Shown: positions 54,450 through 64,000 of the stretch, piece by piece
Layout: each line of letters opens with the position of its first letter
How positions within the stretch are numbered: position 1 is the stretch's first letter
NCBI GenBank assembly: GCA_964304625.1
Contig: OZ199838.1
Span: 15,117,650 to 15,181,649 of the forward strand
Direction: 5' to 3'
Length of the DNA: 64,000 nucleotides
Source: Kudoa neothunni
Lineage: Eukaryota > Animalia > Cnidaria
Program-made: the position numbers and the translations under genes
The notes under the pieces: model-generated
The model's input: the letters and a program-made list of their open reading frames with translations, nothing else
Databases searched by the model: none
Told to the model about the DNA's origin: nothing

Positions 54450-56795
54450 ATGAAATTAAAGAAAAATCCAATAATATTAAGTGATTTCCATATGTTGTAA
54501 TTAGCAGCTTCAAATATAATTTAAGTTCCAGGAATGGTGGCTTGTAAGTTGGAGGCTAAAAATAAATCCACCAAAGGACGTCTACATTTGTTGTGCAAAA
54601 GATGGAAAACTATTTGGTTAACATCCTCTTATCCACTTACAATAAATCAAATTCTTAGGTTACTAAGGTGAAAAATTGTTTGAAAGCTATACATATCAAT
54701 TATGGAGTGACTTCATTTATAGATTACGCTGGAATTTGGCTTATAGGCGGCCCGTGAACTTTTACAAAAATATTTGCGTTCGGCCAGTAAATTTTGGGGG
54801 TATCAAAGGCATCAAATATGTCAACAAATGGTCGAAAAACTTCACATTTGTCTATTATTTCTTGATCAAATACTTGAGGAAAAAATACCATTATAAGCCT
54901 AATAGAAATCTCTTTGGTGCTCCATATGATTTTCGTGTGATTCCATGTAAGCTTATTTTGTTTTCGATTATCATTTCTGCTTATTTTTATGCGTATAAGT
55001 AAATGTCTAACGAATAATTTATGATTATATTAATTTTTTAAATATTAACTTAATTATACCTTACATTCATAAATTCGGCCAATAGCCAAATAAAGAGCTT
55101 AATAGATAATTAAAAATTATTTTATATTTCGTTATTAAAACAACCAAACACGATTCAGATAAAATGTATTCTAGAAAGAATTGTAGTAAATAATACTAAA
55201 TATACACTTCATATCAATATTAAAAATTAAAAAACCATATAAATAAGTTTTAGTGAATATTTTTTTCAAATAACTCGATAAATCGCATTTAATTTTTAAT
55301 GTTTTTTAGCCATCGGTAAGTCATATTGGATCCTTTTACAACCACCAATTTTTACACCAAATTCTTAAAATAAAATTAATAAGTATAAAAATACTAATTT
55401 ATCCAAATATAAGTTCTGGTATTTTTTCATAATATTTGCATTTAGAACGGCATTAGTGGCTATGGTGAAATGACTCCTAAGTTATTGTACAACAATGTCA
55501 TTTCATTCAACGAAAGTTGATCATTAAAATACGTAAATGCTTATGGATAAATAATATTATGATGCTTTTAGCTTAATATTTAAATATATTTTACCTAAAT
55601 ATATATCAATTTAATTAAAAATTTTAAAATCTCATCATCTACTACCAAGAAAAATCTGGGATTTCGTGTTAATGATTAATAAAACGATTACGACTCGAAA
55701 GACAAAATTTGAGGTTTCTGGTTTGGAATATAGCTGAATCTATAATACGCAAGGTAATCAAGATAACCAATTACAACCATATAGCGCTTAAAACAACTTG
55801 CTAATTAATCGACAAAATTAAAACATCTCCAAAAATGACTGAAATTATGTGAAGCGTATAAAACTGTATTTTTAAGTTTTCTAACCTAACATAACTATCA
55901 GCAATTAATATGAAAATTAATTATTTATTAACATAAAAAAACAAAAACAACAAAATTTTAAATTTATTCAGAGAATTATAAAGTATTAGTATTTGTTATG
56001 TAGGTTTTTATTATTTGAATCAATACTTTGAGGCGCTGGATGGATTGATTGATAAAGCTCACCGTAAAACCAAGAAACAAGTTATACTGGTCAGCCATAG
56101 TTTAGGATCGTGTCTGATATCCAATTACCTTGCCAATAAATGCTATTGTTGGAAACAGAAATACATTGATAAGTGGATATCGATAAGTGCACCGTTTGGT
56201 GGAAGTACGGAAGCGTTGCGAACTCTTCTTTATGGCGACTACAAAGTTCCTTGCAATTTCCTTATAGACGCATCACTTTTAAAGAAAGTTCTTGGTGGAT
56301 ATCCGTCCATGTTTTATTTGCTCCCTTGTGGGGAAGTATTCGGTTGGAATAAAGTAGTTGATTTGGTGAATATGTATTTTATCAACCTACGTATAATAGC
56401 CATTGATTGTGACCGAGCAACAAACGTACGCAGTTCAAGACAAGGAGGAATTATTGGAATTATTCAACATTAAAAATTATCATCTGATACAGAATTCTAT
56501 GCCGCGGTTGTGGTGCCCAGAAAACTTGAGAATAAAAATACTGTTTATCTACAGTGATGGGATACCAACTTTGGATTATATGAGGGCTGGCAGGGAATCA
56601 ATTGTGGATAAGTGCCATGGGGAGGCTGGGGACGGAGACGGAACGGTGAATTTGGTTAGTTTGAAAGCGTGTGAGTACTACCAATGGATCGACCCGGAAA
56701 ATGTACAAATTAGAGTGATCAAAAACAAACAACACCAAGAGATCTTAAAGTCTTCTGAGTTGTTTGATATTTTTGATGAATTTTTGAAAGTTTAA
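54450..56795 (+). CDS. LCAT / group XV lysosomal phospholipase A2-like lipase, copy 1
   Basis: NPIILIPGMVACKLEAK, LFGAPYDFR, VSHSLG nucleophile elbow, ISAPFGGS, GDGDGTVN and HQEIL. About 5 exons, with a ~1 kb intron. Confidence 0.9.
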
Positions 56796-56867
56796 GTTTA
56801 TTAGAATCTTGAAGTATTTTGTTTTGCTTTACAGTTGCGTTTGTTTCTCGTTGTTCTCATGATGCAT

Positions 56868-56871
<4 letters not shown>

Positions 56872-56914
<43 letters not shown>
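56872..56914. repeat. (TA)n microsatellite
   Basis: Long TA run with one interruption. Confidence 0.9.
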
Positions 56915-56918
<4 letters not shown>

Positions 56919-57490
56919 CTGATTTTGTCAAATACAGAATAATGCGCCTAATTTTAAAACGACAATTGTAATAAACTCCATATCACAATTAACGTCGAAA
57001 AATTAAAAGTTATTTTAAATTTTATCAATCAACTTTTGTGTAAGGATAGAAAAATAATAATTATTTTCTAATGAAATTTTATTCATTAGAATTTTCGATT
57101 GAGATATTCTGTTTTAAAATAAATAATCATTATGAAAAATAATAATTATTTATCTTTAATAGTAAATATTACGAATATAGACGCAAAAATACATTTATGA
57201 AGAAAAATTAGCTGATGCAAGAGCTTAAATAACTAATAATGAGTAAAATTTCGCCGTTAACATCAAATAAGTAATGAACATTTGTTTCCCTGTGACGACG
57301 CAATAAAATAATTACTACATCAACTATTAGAGTTATTGTTTGTGAAGAGGAAATGAATAAAAGTATTTTATGGTGTTATGACGCCGTCACTACGGGGTTT
57401 GTAATAGTAACAATAATGTCGTGAGCAACTACCGCCAATAACACATATAATAATAATCATCATCATCATCATCACCATCACCATCATTTA

Positions 57491-58889
57491 ATGGATAGTA
57501 AGGGAAAGCTACCAATAATTTTAGGTAACTTTATCATAAAATATTAAACAAGGTTATTCATATACAACAAATATTTGATGTATAGTTCCAGGGATGGCAA
57601 ATTCCCAGTTAGAGGGCAGATATCTAGCCGAATCCGAAAGCGATGAATACCTCAATAATACATGGAAAATATTGTATCTAAACTTCTTAAACATACTTAA
57701 TTTGGATTATGTTTTTGAAAAGCTAAGGTATAATTTTATTAGTATATGTATAATTGAATTGGGAGCATATTTTTTAGAATGAAACCTAACGACTTATGCA
57801 ATGATATGGTAAACTATTATTCAAATCTACTGATAAGACCCTATAACTTTGGATCTGTTGATGGAATTAAATATGTTGACAAAACAATGCAACATATATC
57901 TTATGTTTTCAAGTATTTAATCGATTTTTTGGTTAATTCGTTAGGCTACGAGAAAAATGTCAATATTTTTGGAGCACCTTACGATTTTAGATGCGTCTCA
58001 AGTGAGTTTCAACATAGCTAAGTAAATATATTGGTTTTGTTTAGCGAAATATGAGATGAAAAGATTTTTCTCAAACTTAGATGAATTGATCCAACTTAGT
58101 TACAATATCCATCGAAAACCATGTGTTTTAATCACCTACAGTATGGGTTGTACATTGACATCAGAATATTTGCACTGCAAACCTCGCTTTTGGAAAAAAC
58201 ATTACATCGATTCATGGATATCTATTAGTGGCCCATTTGGAGGCGCTGTCGAATCTGTTAAGTATCTACTCTATGGAATAGGTTCCGATTACCCCCTTCC
58301 AAAAATGAGTAACGAGATTGCAATAAAAACTGTACAAACCTTCCCAGGGTTGTATGATATGTTACCAAACAAAGAAGCTTTTTCCTCACAAGATGTAATG
58401 TGTTTATGTTCTTACAGTTTGGGGGGAACTTAATTTCTTCTACTTTAGGTTATTGTGCAGGCACCTTCTAGATCTTACAATTGTAATCAATACGACGAAA
58501 TGTTTAATGAGTTGGGGATAAAACAGTACTCTTACATAAAAAATATGTTATATCGCAGAAAACTCTCCTACAGAACAAACGTACCTACTCTTTTCATCTA
58601 CAGCAAAGGTGTAGATACCACGAAAACTATAGTGAAATGTGGTAACGATTATGTCATTGTACGAGGTGATGGTGATGGAACGGTTAACATCAAAAGTCTT
58701 GAAGTGTGTAAAAGGTTCCTGCAAAATGATGCTCTAAACACCGAAATTCAAGTATTGGATGGTGTTTCTCACCATAAAATGCTTAAAAATCAGACCACCT
58801 TCAAAATCATATTCGATTTTATCCAACGAAGGAACTCGCTTAGAAAATGTGGACAACCTTTCAGAAGATGCTACTCATTTTCGAATTAA
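57491..58889 (+). CDS. LCAT / PLA2G15-like lipase, copy 2 (tandem paralog)
   Basis: LPIILVPGMANSQLEG, IFGAPYDFR, ITYSMG, ISGPFGGA, GDGDGTVN and HHKML. Intron positions correspond to copy 1. Confidence 0.9.
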
Positions 58890-59341
58890 TTGTCACCCAT
58901 TTATATACGAATGAATTGCACTAGTTAATACTGATTTAACTACTCGACAAATAGATACATTAGTTTATACCGATTTAGCTAATAGACAAATAGATACATT
59001 AGTTTTTGGTTATGTTTTACTATTCTATTTTATTATGCTCTGGGTACATTGGCAGAGATTAACATTTCATCAATTTAGGGATAAACAATTCAGCCTAATA
59101 CCGCATATTCTACTGATCAAATACGAGATTAGGATTTCTTTTGGTTTTATGCTTTTGCTTCCAACTATAAATCAAAAAGGCATAAAGATAGAGAAAGAAT
59201 AATAATTATTATATTAAATAAGATAAAAATTATAAATTTTAAAATGCCTAACCATTCCTACAAAAAATTTATCTAAGCGTATGTTTACAGCAGAGAGATC
59301 AACTGTTAAATTTTCAGTGTCGACTATTTACGAAGTTTAAA

Positions 59342-59697
59342 ATGGTAAATCCTTACAAGGTTACACCTACTCAAGCCAAAACCCAGGATCACAAAAAAGA
59401 AAGTACACCCAACGCTCATCGAAGAAAATTAAGTTATTTATTCTTTCCTACCAATTGTAGTCTCTATTTCTATTTGCCTCAGGCAAACATGATGATTTTC
59501 TGAGTTCTCAAGTAGAACAAGAACAAGAAACAATTAGGACAGAAAAATCACAATTTCGAGCAATGTTCATTGTAAAAATATTTTTTGTGGTTTGCGGTGT
59601 CTTATAGTTTTAGAAATACGCTGGAATAATCCTCCCAATTGCATTAACCGTGTTGGTAGTGAAGATGATTATAAATTTTTGGTTTAATGCCAAATAA
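59342..59697 (+). CDS. Small (87 aa) single-pass / tail-anchored membrane protein, 3 exons
   Basis: AAAATGG start. Exons 59342-59432, 59483-59571 and 59614-59697 are joined in frame by 50- and 42-nt GT-AG introns. C-terminal hydrophobic segment YAGIILPIALTVLVVKMIINFWF. Confidence 0.6.
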
Positions 59698-59959
59698 CTC
59701 CGTCGAACCGTAATAATTTAGTGTTTTTTGTTTTCTGGAGTCTTTATCAATATCAGTATGTTGTATTTTGCAGCATAACTCTCGATCTCATTCCCAGTAT
59801 CCAGCTAGTTAAAACCCTATTCCTAAGTTTTATAAGGGCGATTTCTGATTTTTTTTAATATTTTGATAAAAATTAAATATTTATTAGATGTTTGTTAGAC
59901 CCATAAATTTAATACTTTGTGTTCATTTATTTAAAAAGTTTATTTTATTGGATCCTTAA

Positions 59960-61016
59960 CCTTCCCTGTACTAACCTCTGAAACAAAACGCGTGTGCCTG
60001 ACTGAGGTATTTCTTGGCCCTGGACGAAATATGCCTTATGCTAATTCAGTTTGTCTCAATTTTATATATTGTAAATAATACACCTAGCTTAACAATTCTA
60101 TAGCAAATATACAGCGGAATGCTATGTCTGGGGTTATTTACATTAATTTAATTATCAGCAACATTATTGGTATAATGTTAAACTAAAAGCACAAAAGTGT
60201 ATTTTACACTCCTTAAACAGTTGATAACGTTGATTTTCGTCATCAGATAGGATTAATGAACATTTAGGCGGTAAACTCAAGGTACGTCCGTTATTGTGTA
60301 GACATTTCCTCGGTAATGGTCGGTGATTAATAAAATTTAGTATTAGTGTTATTATCAAGTGAATCGGTATTCTATGAAACGAAAAATCATATAATATTTC
60401 GTTATGGTATTTATTCTCAGATAGATATAATGAATGGTCGCGGACGGGGTTCAAACCTGCGAGCCAATGCTTGTAAGGCGGTGGCGCCATACCGCTGTAT
60501 TGTTGATCGCGCATTAGTTGACTTCGGTTACAATTCTTATATTAGCTATTAAGGAGTTTTCTAAATCTTTAAATTGTTGTAAGGACTCATATTAAACCCT
60601 AAGAAAAACAAAAAATTAATAAAAAATTTCGTTACTCCAATATGCGGAATCGAAAACAACTGGAATAATTAATTGGATTAATTGTCGTTAATCTATTGTG
60701 AATTAAATTCAAAAATAAATATTGCTTATCACGGTTCGCGTTTTTGTTTGGATCAAAAATTTTAATTTTGATGAGAGAAAATCATATTTATAATAAATAT
60801 TTGAGAATAATACAACAAATATTAAGCGAAATCTTAAAACCGATGTCTTATTTTATGCATAAATCTTTAGCCTATAACTTTAAATTTCATTTTCAGATAG
60901 ACACGCATTTAATATAGGAACTTGAGAATTTTCAAAGTAAGTAACCAAAAATACATCAATGTAGAAACAAAATAGTCAATTTGGGGTCTTGAAATATCCC
61001 GTCAGTACCAGCAGGG
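59960..61016. mobile_element. piggyBac-type MITE with TTAA TSD
   Basis: TTAA|ccttccctgtactaac ... gtcagtaccagcaggg|TTAA, with the subterminal palindrome ggggtcttgaaatatccc. Confidence 0.75.
60435..60508 (-). pseudogene. tRNA-like sequence (Val-TAC-like pseudogene or SINE head)
   Basis: Minus strand GATCAAC...GCGGTA...GCC-TTACAA-GC...GCAGGTTTGAACCCCGT-CCGCGACCA. B-box/T-arm and anticodon loop are recognisable, but the acceptor stem is mismatched. Confidence 0.6.
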
Positions 61017-61532
61017 TTAAAATAGCATACTATGAGGTCAGAATCAGCTAACTTATTATGTAAATGTATATTAGCACCAATTTTCCGTTTTTCTGTGAAT
61101 TTTAAATGTTATAGTTTGAGAATACATTTAAACTATTCAAAAATCCATTAATATTATCGGTCAACCTATAAAAAAGATTAAACTAAATAATATTTAAAAT
61201 ATCGTACTTTTGACAATAGTAATTAGTGAAATTAAGATTAATATCGAATGGAAAGGTTATGAAAATAGAAAAAAATATTTGTAGATAGATTATAATGTAT
61301 GAAAATTAACTTAATCGCTCAAATTAATATCCCTTTATCCCGCATATACGTTAATGAGTACATTCCTAAAACAGCTGATCAACTCTTTAATATCAATATA
61401 AGTAATTTTAATAATTAGATTTAATGATAGTACAATTCCTATATTGAATCCTACTTGTGTATATTCAATTAAGCCAATGGCTTCAATAAAATCTGAGAAC
61501 ACCACCTTAGTATTATAAAGCTTTATTTAGTC

Positions 61533-62185
61533 CAAGGGTCGGAAAAACGAATAGGTTGCCGGGCCGGATAGTCATGCCAAATTATAAAGCGAACCGGAAT
61601 ATTTGTATATTCTTTGGCTGTAATGATTTTTTCACATTATAATTGAAACCTGGCCACTACATTTATATTTTGATATTTCAAACCCTATCTTATCATTGCA
61701 ACGCGAGAAAAATATAATGAACTGAACGTTCGACATTTTTTTACGAAAAATTGACTACTTTTATCTAATTCTTAATTTAAATGCTTATTTTATTTCGTTT
61801 ATTATAAATTTAATGTTTTTATATTTAAATGATGGTTCGATATCGTAAAGAGCAATAATTAAAGTTATCATTCAGCACAATAATACTAATATCATACAAC
61901 TAATGAAAATAAGTAAGAAATTTGTTTGGGGAATATTTTAAACTTATTTTGTTTTTAACACATTTATGTTTAGAAAAAGGCTGATAATATTGAATCAACT
62001 CTATTTGATTTTCCATTAAACTTCTCTATGTGCAGAAAAGATGGATTATAAAAATAGGGGAAATTATACAAGTACCGGTTAATAAAAATACAATTTGACT
62101 TTCTCGCAGAGCCCACCCTCGCAAGCTGCACGAGGAAAACTCCTAGACAAAATTTGGCCCAGGGAAGGATAGTTGCAAACCCCTG
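61533..62185. mobile_element. hAT MITE with degenerate 8-bp TSD
   Basis: caagggtcggaaaa ... gttgcaaacccctg, flanked by atttagtc and ctttattc (6/8 match), with GC-rich subterminal gggcc motifs. Confidence 0.6.
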
Positions 62186-62228
62186 CTTTATTCTCGCTGA
62201 TAATAATGACCAATATATCATTAATTAA

Positions 62229-62304
62229 CCTTCCAAGCATGTCAAATACGATTATACACCTAGCCGTTTTGGGGTCCAGGAAGACCCCAAAAATGATTGG
62301 ATGG
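62229..62304. mobile_element. 76-bp minimal piggyBac-like element
   Basis: TTAA|ccttccaagcat ... atgattggatgg|TTAA, enclosing ttttggggtccaggaagaccccaaaa. Confidence 0.65.
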
Positions 62305-64000
62305 TTAAGGAAATGTGCATCATTTTGAAATATTTATAATTAACAATAAAACTAATATAACTTTAAAGGTATGCTTTTCAAATAAAATATATTTAAAGGA
62401 AGTGACTATTGATACGATACATAATATTCAGTTGTGATTAGTTTTGAGAACATTTGATTACTGGAGGTAACCGATTTCTCTTATTTTTATTGATGATAAA
62501 AGAATATACGAAAAATCCATTGTGGAAGATTTTTCATATTTTTTAACTTAAGCGCGAATTGCACAAAATCTATTTAAACTGGCCAGAAAAGTCCGGCCCC
62601 ACTCGATTTGATTATAGCAATGAAAAATATTATATAATTTTTTTCTTTTGGATTACGCTAAACCATTCTCTCATAATTCGACAATTTCCTCTTGTTTCGT
62701 CACTATTCTATCAAGTGTTAAAATGTTTTACAGGCACAGCTTTAGTTTCCCTCCGTGGAAAAATTTCAAAATATTTAATAACTTCATATTTATTCTTAGT
62801 TTATCGGCGTTTATTGATTTGTCCTCCCATTTATAGGGGTAAGGAAAATCCGACAACGGTCAGGAAATTACCCAAAATCCATCGTGAATGATATTTTGTA
62901 TTTTTGAAATTAACTTTTATTGAACTAATTTTTTGTAAATCTTAATTCATATTTAACATTATGTAAATATCTCCTAATAGCCTTCCTTCTCTGGAAGAAA
63001 TAAAGTCACGGTTAAGTTGGAGAGGTCCGAAAAACTGTTGTTATCCACTGTATTTCTACCCTTTAACAGCAAAGCAAATGGCCGGATTAATTAAATATAG
63101 CATAGTCTAAAAAATAAAATCTTTATATATCTTACGAGTAGGAGTTGTTGGGATTAAAATTTTCCACTGCGCATGCTTACATGTTGTGTAAGATTAAATT
63201 TAACGTGTCAATGGCCGCGGTCATTGAAAAAATTTGAGCATATAATGTAAGTTTACACACTATAAAAAACAATTTTATTAATATATCAAGTAGTTTTGTT
63301 AAAAAAGTGCGTACCAAAAATACTCTGTCTTGTGTTACTCGAAGGGAACCAAATTCTGGGGCTAATTAGAATGAAAAAACACTGAAATCTACGTTAAAAT
63401 ATACATGAATGTGTAAATTTTTATTATGTTTACAACATATTATTTATTATCAAAATTAAGTAGTTTACGTTAAACTGTTGCCATGACTCATACAATTTAA
63501 TCTTAATTGATTTTCACGCACGCGCGAATCGGAGTTAAACATCTCCATCTCCAAGTTATAGACTATAGATACAGTTAACTTCTTGGATCTGCAAAGATTA
63601 ATTATTTTTGGTTAATTCAGCTGTTTCTAAGGAGATAAATAAGCAACTATCTTTAATCGACACTTAAAGATTTAACTATTATGGGTGGAGAGACACTTTT
63701 TATTTTTATCATTCGAATTAAGAAGTGAAAATTGATCATTCAAAATCAAAAGATGGGCATTTTTACTAATGATAAACCTCAACGAATTCACTAATCAATA
63801 AAATTAACACAAACAGATTCACGGTAATTTTTTCTGTTCGAAAACCAATCTCAGAACAGGTAAAAAAATCCCGAAAAAAAACATTTATTTCCTCTATTGG
63901 TCGAAAAAAAATTGTGCACAACGAGATACACACATTCCACCTTAAACGATTTCTTACGATAATGAACGTCACTCATAAAACAATGAAGAAAGACTCAGAT

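Noticed and set aside
60225-60250. CTGATGA-C-GAAA on the minus strand (and ctgaagatga at ~10068) as a hammerhead ribozyme or Penelope signature
   Set aside because: No stem II or properly placed GAAA...UH pairing could be built.
60435-60508. Functional tRNA-Val gene
   Set aside because: The acceptor stem and D-arm are mismatched and the T-loop reads TTTGA, so it is treated as a pseudogene or SINE head.
63766-64000. Open frames on both strands at the window edge
   Set aside because: Truncated, no recognisable homology, and the strand cannot be determined.

Overview
AT-rich eukaryotic genomic DNA, not prokaryotic. Genes carry many short (~40-60 nt) GT-AG introns with very degenerate donor sites and encode fast-evolving animal-type proteins. 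This fits a compact parasitic metazoan such as a myxozoan cnidarian, but the taxon is inference only. Genes reconstructed by hand: Pol III subunit RPC7/POLR3G, COPE (only 55 bp downstream), cathepsin L, MYBBP1A/Pol5-like, a DAPK/MLCK-type CAMK kinase with DFS instead of DFG, CCT3 (14 introns), an SLC20/PiT phosphate transporter, UTP25/DEF, two tandem LCAT/PLA2G15-like lipases without signal peptides, and an 87-aa three-exon single-pass membrane protein missing from the ORF track. Intergenic DNA is dominated by decayed, often nested DNA transposons: several piggyBac-type elements (TTAA, GGGGTC-N-GACCCC ends), hAT/Charlie, pogo/Tigger, a long-TIR element, non-autonomous Helitrons (TC...hairpin-CTRR) and one tRNA-derived element. 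No rRNA, CRISPR array or intact transposase was seen. I found no clearly new multi-gene system. The best leads are a recurrent NRF1-like GCGCATGCG motif shared by host genes and piggyBac ends, the tight POLR3G-COPE pair, a possible 19-nt intron, the micro-gene, the atypical kinase and the divergent lipase pair. All alignments were by eye against remembered family motifs.
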